A stretch of DNA of 56,876 nucleotides, counting the filler, from Sluysia triapertura (lineage: Eukaryota), in NCBI GenBank assembly GCA_046118255.1. It is 4 parts of 4 records of this genome, joined end to end, with 100 filler letters (N's around TTAATTAATTAA, not from the genome) between each part and the next. Parts side by side here need not be neighbours in the genome. Positions count along the whole stretch, not along the records: positions 1 to 17,442 come from JBJNIA010188720.1; 3 more parts are not named here. One strand, written 5' to 3'. The notes beneath the pieces are model-generated. The model was not told the DNA's origin, made no database searches, and worked only from the letters and a program-made list of their open reading frames with translations. Positions 1 through 13,344 of the stretch are shown one piece after another. The position numbers were made by a program, and so were the translations under genes. Each line of letters opens with the position of its first letter. Positions within the stretch are counted from its first letter, which is position 1.

Positions 1-7
1 TTAAAAT

Positions 8-43
8 CCAATGGCTGGCCATCGCTGGTAAGTCCAGTACGTT
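8..43 (+). repeat. Bulged stem-loop motif, subfamily 1 (3' end degenerate)
   Basis: CCAATG GCTGG CCA TCGC TGG TAAGT CCAGT A CGTT. Confidence 0.75.
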
Positions 44-71
44 TATACTATTCTCACACCACTTTTCACAT

Positions 72-106
72 TATTATTGTTGTTATTATTATTATCATTA
101 TCAACA

Positions 107-157
<51 letters not shown>
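72..157. repeat. (ATT)n microsatellite
   Basis: Direct reading. Similar tracts at 2808-2857, 4288-4380, 16025-16085, 16225-16280, 17374-17442, 33650-33712, 34688-34735, 37746-37808 and 56828-56876. Confidence 0.95.
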
Positions 158-158
<1 letters not shown>

Positions 159-1931
159 ATTTAGGTTTTCTGTTAGAAATGTCTGATTTAAGTGTTATTG
201 TGTTTAATTTTAAAGAGATTTAAGTACTTCATTTGCATTTTGACATTGTTTTATTTTAAATTAGATATTTACATAAAATCTGTATGAATCAATTGAAAAT
301 ATTTAAATATCGATTGCATATTCAACACTAATGGCGAAAAAAATTAACTTCGTGACTTAGTTTTTTATTAGTTCGTTCCTTAAAATGGCCTTATAAAGTA
401 TAGATAAATTTAGTGACATTGAAGCAAGGAAAATAATGTTATATATAAATTAAAAATTAAAAATTTTATTTTATATACATAAATTCATGAATTTGTACAT
501 TTATTAAACATTTCCTTAAAAATGACAAAAGAATAACGAAATTTTTCAAAAAAGAAAATTGTTTTCGAAAAAATAAAATAATGTTTATAAAATAGAAATC
601 GAAAATTCTAGAATGTCCTGAATTCTCCTTAGTTGCTAGTATATATACTGGCATCAGTTCAGTTACCACAAGAATTATCACAATTTAGTATTGCAATTTA
701 AAATCTCTATTTCAAGATTTTACAGAAACAGTCATTTTAATTTGGAAATATTAATTTTTACAGCGATAATCATTTTAGTTGTCTCATTTCAGATCCATTT
801 ATTTATTTGTAATTTGGTAAGTTATTTTATTGTAAATTCGATTTCAGCCTGACTTAGTGAGGGTTAACATCTGACTTAAAATATTAAATTGTACAAATTA
901 AACGTTCAAAAAGGTAAAAACAATTTAAGAGAAGTAAATCTTCTACATAAAACCCTCCATCAAATTAAGTAATACGTACAAAATTGATTTCTCGTTGATA
1001 AATTGTCATTTATAGTTCAGGAACGTCCATAAAATTACAGAAAATTTATTACTTAAATGAAGATTAATTATATATTGTTATTTTACAAATTTGATATAAT
1101 CCTTGAAGGTTTAAATTTAATTTATCTAATAATCAAGAAAACTTAAGATCGTTCATCCAGTTTTGCGAATTCGTATTATAAGAATACTAATTTATTCAAT
1201 CTCATATTGTTAAAATTAACTACCACTTAAACTACTTCAGATATCAAAATATCATATCCAGTTTACTGCTTTGTACATGAATATGAATATCATTAATATG
1301 GGCGGATAATAGACTTTCTTTAGCAGCTGGTATATGGGCTTTAGATCTATAATCATTAAAATCAACCAAATTGGAAGCTGATATATTAATCAATCTTGGT
1401 AATTTCTGATTACATAAATACTGTATCTGTTTAGAATTTAATTCTGTTTCGTAAGTCATTTCTACTCAGTTGTTTTATTGATTAAACATTTTTAATTTTT
1501 TAATAATAATAATACATAAATAAATTAATAAAAATTACAAAATTGAAAGTGAAAGTAATAAGCAGAAAAACGTAAAACACGAAAAAATGTCAAAAAATCA
1601 ATTTTTAAAATAGTTCTGATTATGATTATTTGACTGATTGTTGAAACAATCTAAAATGCCATCGTCTACATTGTCACTATTTAAATTTTGTGTTTCTTTA
1701 TTATTTTTTTAACTATATTATCGAATGATTTCGAAAATACACTACTACCAAGACTATCTTTTTTTTCGTCGCAATATATTTATCAGTATCACTTATGTTT
1801 CCCATTGTATTATGTTTAAATTCTAAATCTGAATTCGTTTGATTATAATCATCATTATCTATCGAATCATAATCACAGTCATTTAAATTATATGTTGATG
1901 AATCATGATTCATGTCTTAGACTTCATAAAA

Positions 1932-2616
1932 TGGATTGACCGGGGATCGAATCCGAGATCTCTTGCTTCGCAGTTCGATGAATTTAACACATTTATTTCA
2001 ACAGAGAAACAAGTTGTACATATAAAATATAGATAATCAAAATATATGTATAAATATAAATAAAGATAAATTGTGGGGATCATAAGAAGGATTGTTACTG
2101 TTAGTGACAAGAAAATGTTAATAAAAATGAAAAATGCTGCATAAAAGTTGATGTATAATGTGAGTAAACAATATACGTGTCTCACAAACATTCAATGAAA
2201 TTGATAAGCAAATAAAGTGGCTATGATAAATATAATGAAAGACAAACATACAAAATAATGATACAGAAAATGTGAAGGGGAAGGAAAAATACATTTAAAA
2301 AATGAGGAAAATACATAAACTGAAAAAAAACAGAAAACGGAAGAAGACAAGAAAAAGGGTAAAGATAAATGAAGAATTCAATGAAGTGGAAATATGTAAA
2401 AGAAAAAAAGCATTTTAAATTGTTTTTGTTTTATTTATTAAAAAAAATAAACACTAGGATGAAATTAAAATAAAAGACTGCGGAAATAGGGAAAAATAAA
2501 ACAAATTGATTAAATTATAAAGGAGAGCATAAATAAAGATAAAATAAAACACCCAGAGTAGGATATAAGAAATCCGCCAAAGGTGAAAAACAATTTGCAA
2601 AACAATACGGGTGTCC
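1932..2616 (-). pseudogene. tRNA-like copy interrupted by a 632-bp insert (1981-2612)
   Basis: 1932-1980 matches the 3' two-thirds of the 31790-31861 gene including the TTTT-ATGAAGTCTAA tail. Homology resumes at 2613 (gtcccgtctaacaatt...agtcaat) and continues into the shared upstream flank. Confidence 0.75.
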
Positions 2617-2808
2617 CGTCTAACAATTTAATGTAGTCAATATTATACATGGCACTTTAGGCCTTCACCCCAACGCATATAAGAACTCTTAGATTTTTGT
2701 CGTTTTGAAATGGATTTTACAGATCTTGATTTAGTATTAATTCTTTCACTACTTTAGCTAGTATGTCTCATATTTTTGCTATTGTTCTATTTTTGTTATT
2801 ATTCTGTG

Positions 2809-2858
<50 letters not shown>

Positions 2859-3395
2859 GTTCTTTAGTTATATTATCTTTTTTTCAATCTTAATAACGTT
2901 AAATAAATTTTATTATAATATATTTTGTTATATGCATCATCGCGATAATATAACTAGTTTCTAAAATAGTATTCGTTATGTATGGTTTGTATTAGTTTGT
3001 ATCTCTATTTTATCGAAATATTCGACCAATACTTCTCGACTTACTAATTAAGCTCAAATTTCCTTCAAAACTACTTAGATATTTTTTAAAATCATTAAAA
3101 ATCATTAGTTTGATTTATTTTTATGAATTATTTCAACGGATGAATTAAAAATTAATAATTTAAAAAAATTTCAGTATTTATTTATTATTTTATGACAATT
3201 ATATTATTAAAATATAATATTAAACCCTTAGTATTTCCAAACTCGAAATAGCTTTTCAAATAAGGTTTCTTTCCTCGAGTTCAAGGAAATCGTAGAATTT
3301 TCACACGTTTGTACATCTTTTGTACAGTTATTTCCTAGGTAAAGCCACGTGGTTACAAAAGCTTATAAAAGAGGTATTTATCACAAGAACTAGAC

Positions 3396-3772
3396 CATTG
3401 GTCTTCACACTTTTTGTACTGCGACCCACTTTACGAGTCCAAATTTTCACGCAACCCCTAGGGACCAAAATAAAAATAATAAAGTAAATTTTTTAGCACC
3501 TAAAAATTAAAATATATTTAATAATAACATAATAGAATGTACTCTTGTGGAGACTGATTTTTGCATTAAGAAAAAATTTATTTATTTTGTCGTCTAATAA
3601 TATCAATAAAATAAAATAATAATTGTATTAAAAATTATTTAAAATTAAACTTCTCCTATTTAAAGAATATTTTCTTATGAATACTTTATTATAACTGTGA
3701 AATTTCTCGTAACCCCAAAAAAATTTTTTGCTACCCACTGGTGGATCGCGCCTCGCCTTTTGAAGAACACTG
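3396..3772. mobile_element. hAT (Charlie-like) MITE
   Basis: Termini CATTGGTCTTCA / TGAAGAACACTG, 8-bp TSD aactagac/aactagat (7/8), subterminal GCGACCC-type motifs. Confidence 0.85.
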
Positions 3773-6476
3773 AACTAGATAATTGTCAATATCGATTAGT
3801 ATGTATTAGCTATAATAATAATAATATCTAATCGCAGATTATACCTAGTTGAACTGTAATTTGTGACACATTGTAAGTATATTGGATTTTTTCATTATAT
3901 TAAATGCAATAATTTAAATAGTAATTTTATATATTTATTTAAAATATAAATGTGTCTATCTCAATTCTAAATACACATTAAATATAGTAAATATAAATAT
4001 ATTTAAAATAAAATATTGTGAAGTCTATATTTATTAATTAGTTATATTTATATATGTGATAGTTAAATGAGATGCTTAAATAATACCAAAAAAGACAGAA
4101 GAATAAATAAAGTTTTAACTTTGAAAAATTTATATATAACAATTTATTTATAAAAATATCAATTAATCTACACTTCGTGTGTAATCGAATAAAAAACATT
4201 GATACCAAATGAATTAATAAATGTAACATAACTTTCTATTTTATTATTTTTGTAGTTATGAAATTATGCACATCTTTAAACAATCAAATTATTATTATTA
4301 TTAATATTATTATTATTGTTATTATTATCATTATTATTATTGTTATCATTGTAATTATTATTATTATCATTATTATTATTGTTAGAATATAAATGGAAGT
4401 TGTTATGATTTTATAAGATTTTATGTCTTTGATGATGACTTCTACTTTGCTTGTAGGTGTTAAGATTATAACTTGAGTTTAAGATGGTTATTCTAACACT
4501 AATAATACTACCTGGATGTTACTGTTCACTCGTCTCTGGTGTAAGAGATGGAAATGTAGCTTTATTTGATTAAAAATCTCTGTCCTCTCCTTTTAACTAA
4601 ATGAAATAAGGTAATCGAAACACACTAAGGTTAATTTATCAAATATAAATGCAAAGCCAAAAAATTTGGATAATATTCGCAATATAAAATAAAATACCAC
4701 ACGTAGTTATATTTTGGGTGTTCGTGAATATTTTAAAACTATGTTTACATTTAACACTTTAATTATTTTAAATGTTATTCTGATAAAGATAAAATAAAAA
4801 ATATTTAACTGTTAATGTAACTCAAATCATAAATGCCTTCGATAAAAATCTTTACTCGAGCTGCAACTGAATATCTTAGTCTCTTCTCCAAGTAACACTT
4901 GAAATCTCCATTTTTGAATAATAATAATTATACCTTCTTCTTCTTCAAATAATAATTGCACCTTCAAATAATAATAATTTCTCCTTTTTGTTGTTTCTTT
5001 AAATAAGCTTTTTTGGACTAATAGTTCTTCTTATCTTTTTGTAATAGTAATTTTATTATTTTTATTTTTATTATTTTAAATTTATTATTTTTTCTGCAAT
5101 TTAATTTATTTATTATAAGTTTATTATTATTCTCTACAATGTATATTGATTATTATTTTTTTCATAAAATAATAAACCTTTAATAATAATAATAATGAAG
5201 AAAATGACAATAGGCTTTTGTTATTACTTTTTATCATTACAATGGATACTTTTAACTATTTACTATAATGATGATATTAATAGGTTTTTATTTTTACGAT
5301 ATGTGCTTTTATTGACTATTCGCTTTTGCAGTGGTCCTTTGTCATTACTTTTATCATTATTCTATTACAGTCTCTTAGGACCATTGTTCTTTAGAATATT
5401 ATTCTTGTATTAAGTATTTTATTTTCTAATTTATTTTAAATTTTGATTTTTTGTTTTTGAATTTTAAAACGAAAATTTTTTAAAATATTAATTTAACATA
5501 ATAATATTAATTCGATAATATTAAATTCAACATTATCATCATTAAATTTAAAAAACAATTAAATTTACAATGAACCTTATTTAATTGAAGTCTCAAAATG
5601 TCATAAAAAGTAGTTGCACATACACAAATATTTATATTCCATTTTTAAATCCACCAATTTCTTATTTTATGAATTGGCGCCTTTTATTTATCATTTATAC
5701 ATTATATAATTTTATATAAAATTATACCTCATTACACATCACTTTTGTTATTTATTTATTGTATTTATCAACATTTTCAAAAAAATCGATCTTTTAAGAC
5801 AATGTTAATTAAAAATGTTTTAAATTACAAAAAAACCATTATTAGAAAATACATATATAAATTTCACAACTACGCTTTAAAATAGTTTAACAGTACTGAC
5901 ACTTTTGATAAAAATATTATTGCATTTTTCATTGTTTCATGTAAGTATTCTAATAAAGAAATATCAAATATAATGAATACTTATTAAGACTTATAATTAT
6001 GAATTTAATCAATTTAATAATAATTATAATTATTATTAAATTATAAATTATTAAATTATGAAAGCCGTCATTTGCTGCAACATATTGTAAATATACAAAT
6101 ATAATATTATGCAAATACAAAGGTCATTTTGGAGTCATTAAACAAAGTTATTAAACAAAGGTCATTTTAGTCATTTTAAAGTTAAAGTTATTAAGTTAAT
6201 ACAGATTTTGATTTTAAAGTTATTAAAATTCAAATATAATATTAAAGTTTTCATTATAGTTATTGGATTAAATTTTAATTGTTGGAAATTTTATCAAATT
6301 AATTAAAAAATCGAATTAATTAATTCGTATAATCGAACCAGAGTAAAATCAGCTTTATATTATTTTCAAAATCATTAAAATCAATAAAATCATCTTGAAG
6401 CCCTAAAATCTTATTTATTAAATTGTTAAATTATTAAATTATTAAATTTGTTTTCTTGCATATAAGTGATAAAAAT

Positions 6477-6525
6477 CCAACGGTTGGCCATTAAGTTTGT
6501 AAGTCCAATACGTTGGTGGACTCAC
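6477..6525 (+). repeat. Bulged stem-loop motif, subfamily 1
   Basis: CCAACG GTTGG CCATTAAGTTTG TAAGT CCAAT A CGTTGG TGGACTCAC. Confidence 0.85.
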
Positions 6526-6874
6526 GTTTTATCTTTATTTTATTTTATTCGCAAAACTCGTAGAAACCTTGCAATAATATAAAATGTAATACAAAAAAAT
6601 TAAAGATCATTACGATTTGATTATAAAATCATTAGTTCTGTTTATTTTATTACTCTGTTCTGCAATATCTTAATTTCACCCGACTGTTATTAATTTATTA
6701 ATACATTTATATTCCTTTTTGAGTTATTATTTAATAAAGAAATTTAATAAATAATAATAATAAAATAATTGAATAAAAATAAAAATAATTTAATATAAGA
6801 CCCTCTAATTTATTTAACAAGTTTTAGTTTAAGTTAAAACATAAATGTTTTACATTAAGACTAGCTTAGAGTTT

Positions 6875-6925
6875 GTTACAGGAACGCCATCTGTACGATG
6901 TTTACTGTAACCGGGTCCTGCTCAA
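6875..6925 (+). repeat. Bulged stem-loop motif, subfamily 3
   Basis: GTTACAG...A CTGTAAC CGGGTCCTGCTCAA; the inner stem is degenerate. Confidence 0.7.
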
Positions 6926-7308
6926 TTTTTATTTTTGCCGCAAAAATAAACTTTTTTCAATGTATAGCCCGCGGGCTATAGGCAAGAAAATGCGGTATAT
7001 TATTATCGATTATAGTTACATTTATAACATTATTAATTATATATATTATCAATATTATTTTTCCTGGTAATATTAATGTTAGGTTGTCATCATAACCCTA
7101 CAAAATAATTTTAAGATGCCATGATGGCACCTTAAAGTTATTTAAAACTATTTAAAATTATCAAAAAATTTAGTAAAATCATAGAAAAGGTTTTAAAACC
7201 ATTTATTAATCTTTAAAATTACTTAAAACAATTATTTTCTAAAAACTAAAATAAAATTTCTAAAAAAGAAAATTAGCTTCTAAAAATAGAAAAGAAGCTT
7301 CTATAATG

Positions 7309-7366
7309 TTCTAGAATATTCTAGAACATTCCATCGATTTTCTCTGGATGATGACTAGTATATAAA
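7309..7366 (+). promoter_or_regulatory. Heat-shock-element array followed by a TATA box (possible solo-LTR promoter)
   Basis: TTCtaGAAtaTTCtaGAAcaTTC (five alternating nGAAn units, 7309-7331) and TATATAAA at ~7359-7366. Confidence 0.5.
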
Positions 7367-7849
7367 TTAGCATCAATACAATGAAAATCGCCATTTGTAA
7401 ATCACTGTTGTTGAACAAATTCACAATCATTTTGGAATTTAGTTGATTTTTGTACCCAGCAGACAATATCCGATTCAAAATCCATGCTCCAAGTAATCTG
7501 TTTTTATTAAATTGATAGTAACTTCATCGAAGGAAGCTAATATCTTAAAATACACTTAAATTATTATTTTATTTAGTAAAGTTTAAGTTTTCCCGGATAT
7601 ATTGAGGGCTAAAATACAGAGAAAAGTTTAAATCTAAAAATAAATCTAAAGTTAAAGATGACATTAAGTTTCAACTTTAATATATTTAACTATGCTTTTA
7701 TTTCTATCACCTTCTTTTATTTTTAGAATTTTTTATTATTTGACCATTGTAATAATTAATAAATTTTTATTAATTGAATAATTTTGATTTCGTTTATTGC
7801 ACTATCTAATTTATTAGTTAAAGATATTACGTTTTAGTTAACTCATATT

Positions 7850-7907
7850 GTTACAGAAGTGCCCTCTTTACGGCTCAAGACGCTTACTGTAACCGGACCC
7901 TGCTCAA
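7850..7907 (+). repeat. Bulged stem-loop motif, subfamily 3
   Basis: GTTACAG AAGTG CC CTCTTTAC GG CTCAAGA CGCTT A CTGTAAC CGGACCC. Confidence 0.8.
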
Positions 7908-7980
7908 TTTTCTATTTATCTTTATGTATCAGTAAAAACCACAGCATTAATATAACGCTATTAATTTTGTTAAATTACAA

Positions 7981-8229
7981 TATGTTGGCCAAAATCAAGA
8001 GTACATAACATGGGCAGAAAAAAACTCATTACAATTAACTTGGTGACTATCGACATTGTTAATTAACTTCGTGAGTATCGAGCATAATTGGTATTTGGTG
8101 ATTAATTGGCACAGTTCATTTTCATATTTCGTGGCTACTGAGTGCGATCAGATATTGGCATGCGATAATTGATTTATTTTATGATTTATTTATGGGCACA
8201 AACAAATAATTCAATTTTGGCCAACCTAT
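7981..8229. mobile_element. Mariner-like MITE
   Basis: TIRs tatgttggccaaaat / attttggccaaccta enclosing ~250 bp of non-coding sequence. Confidence 0.6.
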
Positions 8230-9461
8230 ATTTAATAAAATTATAAATTCATTATATAAATTCATTAATCCTTCTTCATTTTATCTTATTAATTATTTTG
8301 AATTAAAACCTATTATTAACCATAAATTTATCGGATGTCTAATATTTTGAATAACTACAAATTGTTAAATGATTGCAATAAAGTGTTGATTTTTAATAAA
8401 TAATTTTTTTGTTTTTTAATTTTGATTAGACGAACAAAAGGGGATGAAACCTAACGTACAAATTTCACTAATTAAGGTTTGACAAACAAAGTTTAGCGAT
8501 TAACGTTTAGTGAATAAAGTTTAAGAGGCAAAGTTATTAAGGAGTGAGACCTGATAAAATATTAAATTTATAATTTTTTTTATTAAAGAATTTCCAACTC
8601 TGACACCAGGGCTGAGTAGTGAACTCATTGAAATTATTATATTATAAAGTCAGAATTTGTTTTAATCCTCTATATGGAATACTTAGCGAGAACAATTCAA
8701 GTCACTAAATTCGATAAGAATTAAAGTTTAGAATTCATAAGCGAGTCAATGCTTAACACGTACAATTAGAAAATCTAAAGAGATTTCAAATAAATTAAAG
8801 TATCAAAGCACATTCTATTCACTAGATAAGAATGATTACGCATTTTGTAAAGCATAATAATCAAAAAAGATGTATATCAAATTTTTACACTACTTCAACC
8901 TTAATTAAACCCAACAAATTGATAAAATCGAACCACAAATTAATTACATGTTATTTCAAATTGTATTTTACTTATTTTGCCTTTCAAACCATACGCTATT
9001 GATAGATTTAATTTTGATGTATTAATTTAATCCTCAAACTTGGAATAATACTATAATAAGTCGCACTGTTGAATCGTGATGATCTTTTTTGGGACTAAAG
9101 GTTAACTTTATGTTTAGATTTTTACTTATATTTTTTATTTTAATAATTTAAGGGTAAAAAATTATTTCTAAAAATATAAATAAATGTTAATGACTCAAAA
9201 TTTTCTAACAGATGAGAGCTCGTTTTGATTAAGATATCGAAAAAATATTTATGAAAGTCTTAAAAAAGAAACATATCTGACTTGTAAATACCATAAAACT
9301 ACTTTTTTGATGTCGACCCTAGTAAAATGCTTGATTTTTGCAGAACAATTTAATGTCAAAACTAGTTCTCATTTGTAGTAAAAAATACATTTATTATGTA
9401 TCGTTCATATTTCACAAATAAAATAAATTAAACTAAATTTTGGATAATTTATTTGGATTAC

Positions 9462-10553
9462 TCAATGAATTTCATGAAAATTTCTTTTGGTGTTGGATTT
9501 ATCAATAATTTCTAAAATATTTCCAATAGTCGAATAACAATTATTAAATAAATTATTCATGTTATATTTTAATTTCTGTGGAGATTTAGGTATTTCTTGT
9601 GTATGAATATTATTTTGATTAACATTAAGGCAACTTGAATATGTATTCGTACTAATATCATCGTCATGCATATCAAAATAGGTATTTCTTGAAAAGCTAT
9701 AAAAAGTACTAATATCCCTCGAAGATAACATATTATTATTATTTGACGTTGGAGCATCTGATTCATTATTGTCCGGACCAGACATGTCAACTTCTGCATT
9801 GTAGCCTTTATTTTCTTGAACTTCACTAATTTTCGGTACACTTTGTTTTGCTTTTTGTGAAACTGTTGAAGGGAATTTATTAACACCAGACATCTCACCT
9901 TCTGCTTTATAACTAATATTTTCTTCAAATTGACTAAATTTTGGTGCACTGTTCTTTGATTTTTGAGAAACTTTTGAAGGTAGTTTACTAGCTTTTGGTG
10001 ATTTATTACTTTCACCACTAGTTTGTGTTTGACTATTTATCAGCTGAGCTGTACTTTGGCTTGATCGCTTTTCAGTATTCGTTCTGCTTAGTAATCTCTT
10101 TAGAAATAGTTGAATTTCATTACCAATATCTTCTTTGGTTAACTGTTTGTTACTTTCTTGTTTCTTCTTAACTAAATTATCAGTGAAATTTTTAAATTCA
10201 TCAATTATTTCTGATACTGCATGATCACTTTCCGCGCGTATTGATCCTCCTTGGCTACCTTGCTTTTGGCATACTTCTTTTAGTAAATTTACAATAGTAG
10301 AACAAATTTCTGGAGTAATATTCGAATTTTTCGTTTCACTTACTTTATCAATCGGACCATTAGTTATACTTCTTGAATGATTTGGCATTTCATTATAATT
10401 ATAGCAATCGAGATCATCATTATCTCTTATATAAGCCAAATGTGATTGTAATAAGCATATTAAATTATCAGACATGCATTTGAGATTTTGAAGGCAACTT
10501 TCTATATAATATTCATTTAATTCTCTGGTTCGACTTTTATCTAAATAACTCAT
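9462..10553 (-). CDS. Intronless orphan ORF, 363 aa, S/N/K-rich, with a tandem ~36-aa internal duplication
   Basis: Longest ORF in the window, uninterrupted in very AT-rich DNA. Repeat KLPSKVSQKSKNSAPKFSQFEENISYKAEGEMSG / KFPSTVSQKAKQSVPKISEVQENKGYNAEVDMSG. AATAAA about 70 nt downstream. No family recognised. Confidence 0.7.
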   Translation of the reverse strand: MSYLDKSRTRELNEYYIESCLQNLKCMSDNLICLLQSHLAYIRDNDDLDCYNYNEMPNHSRSITNGPIDKVSETKNSNITPEICSTIVNLLKEVCQKQGSQGGSIRAESDHAVSEIIDEFKNFTDNLVKKKQESNKQLTKEDIGNEIQLFLKRLLSRTNTEKRSSQSTAQLINSQTQTSGESNKSPKASKLPSKVSQKSKNSAPKFSQFEENISYKAEGEMSGVNKFPSTVSQKAKQSVPKISEVQENKGYNAEVDMSGPDNNESDAPTSNNNNMLSSRDISTFYSFSRNTYFDMHDDDISTNTYSSCLNVNQNNIHTQEIPKSPQKLKYNMNNLFNNCYSTIGNILEIIDKSNTKRNFHEIH

Positions 10554-12150
10554 TTTAATGCTCTTTAGATCATACTTTAAATATTAATAATTTTTTCTAT
10601 AAAAAATCAATATTTAATTAATATAATTTTAAATTTTTTATATTTTGTAAAATTTTATAAACTAATTTAATTTCATTTTATATCTATGTGCATAAATTTT
10701 AGGGCAACGTTTTTATTTTTAATCACTTTGTTGAATTTAAAAAATTCAAGCTTAATAATATTCAATAATTAAATTCAATACTTCGATTTCTTCTTCAAAC
10801 GATTCTGAATACTTTCTTATGTCAATAAATTAATATATACTTGTAATAATTAAACAATTAGGCTTTCAATACAAATTCTGTAAAACGGTAAATGTCTTTA
10901 AGTTAATTTATAATAGATTCCCAACTTTAGTCAATACACACCTCAGTTCTCAATAATACTTTAAAAATCTTCACTTATATAAATTAGTGTTAGTCAGAAA
11001 CAACCTAAACTTTCTATCGTTTTAATATTCAATTAATGCTTGCTTATTCTATGCAGAAGTCTGAGTTCTGATGCTCATTCCGATGACCTGGAATGGAAAC
11101 GCAAATAAGTTTTTTTGTTTTATTTGCGAGGATACTCGACTTTGATTTCGATCGTTATATGAATAAATATTATTTTGTCTCACTTTATTTTATTTTGTTC
11201 TATTTTGTTTTATCCTTCCTTTGGGTTCTCTCTTTCTACTTAACAATTAATTAATAAAGCAATAAATTCACAAAAATTTTATTCAACAAAGATTTAAACA
11301 CTTAATAACAAAATATAAAATGACGAATAGTTTAATAATGATAAATTTTAATATTAATAAAATGCAATCTTTTAATTTTTCAGACAAAAAAGGAATAATA
11401 ATTACCGTGACGTTCAATGTTTGGTCCAGTTAATAAAGTTCAGAATACTCGAACGAATTCCAAAATATGTGTGAACTAGTGTGTCAAATTCTGTATCAAA
11501 TACTATGTCAAGTATCTGTCAACTTTTAAAATTCTGTGTACTATTGTCCCGGACTTTTAGCATATGCATAGGAAAATTCTACCGCACTCAAACGGTTAAA
11601 TTAAAATATTCAATAACATGTTAATTTTTATACAATAAGATGTTAAGGCAAATTGCAATATTTCTTCAATTTGTTATTTCGATAATTGCAATTCCTCTTA
11701 GTTTATATTTAAATGTGTTTTGTTTGAATACGTTAAACAATGCAATTTGCACCAATTTTATATTGTTCTATTAATCATGCTATAAAAGAAATTAACAAAA
11801 CAATTTACAAATATATTTATGGTACTGAAATAATTTCTATTACGATCAATGCAATTTATAACTTAAGGTCAAATACGATAAGTGATTTGTATGTCTAAGA
11901 CGACTGTTTATTCGGAATAAATATGTCATTCATATGTGTAATTGTTATCACACTAAGTTCACTTTTACCTGTTATTTATACACAACATCTTTTAAAATGA
12001 ATACTCGTACATTTGATATATCAAATGATATAAAATTTTATGATGAAACATCACCTCCAGGTTCTTTAAAATGTATAGTTTTAGAAAATGTAAATGAAAG
12101 AATTATATAGGTGTGATTTTTCTAAGTTTTAACCTACGGCAAAATATATT

Positions 12151-12208
12151 TTGAACAGGATTCGGTTACAGCAAAGTACTTACAACGTATAGTGGGAGTT
12201 CCTGTAAC
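12151..12208 (-). repeat. Bulged stem-loop motif, subfamily 3
   Basis: Reverse complement GTTACAG GAACT...TAAG...CTGTAAC CGAATCCTGTTCAA. Its upstream flank shares taagaccct and tagctta with the 6875 copy. Confidence 0.7.
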
Positions 12209-13344
12209 TTTATAAGCTAATATTTTATCTGAATACAAATGCTCCGTAGTTAGGGTCTTAACAAATGCTCAAATAGTGTAATTTTCTCACAATTTTAATA
12301 ATTTACTCTAAAGATTTTAATAATTAAATAGAAACGAAAATATTAACTTTCTTACACAAAAGACAAAAGTTTTCTAGCAATAACAAAATAAAATGCAGTA
12401 TTTTAGAGATTAAACTTCCAAGAGCGTTTAATCTAATAACTAATCTAATGATTGAATATAGAAACTTATGTTGGGATTGGTGAAAGGTAAAGGTAGATAT
12501 TAAGGTTCAAGACTCAGGATAACAGAATAAGGTGAACGTTATTGAGGAATTGAGATAGGGGATTATGATGAATTGTAATGATAAGATAGGTATATGAAAT
12601 ACTTGAATCAAGATAAAACAATGAGAAATACGAAGATTTAAGTTGTCATTCCAGCTTTTGATTTGTTTTTAAAGAGTAATTTGTGTTGTTATATTGTTAA
12701 AAAGAATAATCTGTATTTTGTTATAAAGAGTACTTTGTATTGTCGTTGTCATAAAGAATAATTTATATTTTGTGATACTTCAAAGAATATATCGAGATTC
12801 TGAATTTGTTTAGTTATTGGGTTTTGATTAATAATTTGTAAAATAAAAATTATTTTATCGAACAAATTTGAAAAAATAATAAATTTTACAGACATTGTAG
12901 ATACTTTGAGAAATTTATACAACAGAACATTTTCCTTTTTTTAAACAAGCAAATGCAAAAAAATTACTTTGTAAAATGTTGATGTGGTGTTAATTAAAAA
13001 TTTTGTTTGGATTTTCAGATTATTGAGTTACGAAGAATAAACAGCTGCAAAGAAAAGAAATGAAGATGTAAAAAAACTGATGAAATAAAGAATATTATAA
13101 ATATGTATCTTTATAGTCACAAGACTGTATAAAGAAAAACAAAGAGCAGCAGAGACATCATTTTTTACTTTGATTTGGCAACCATTTTGGTATTACAATT
13201 ATATTGAATTCAGCGATTTGTTGATTTATTTAAAGCAGTTCTATCCTTCCAAATATTCGTCACAAGAACATTTTGATCTCGAGCATTCGATTAGAGAGAT
13301 CACAATTTCTAATTATCTTATATATTAAGTAGTAAGTATATTTT

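Noticed and set aside
8595-8629. Possible further degenerate stem-loop copies (8595-8629, ~20572-20612, ~53298-53312)
   Set aside because: Only partial matches, so they are not counted without a covariance-model score.
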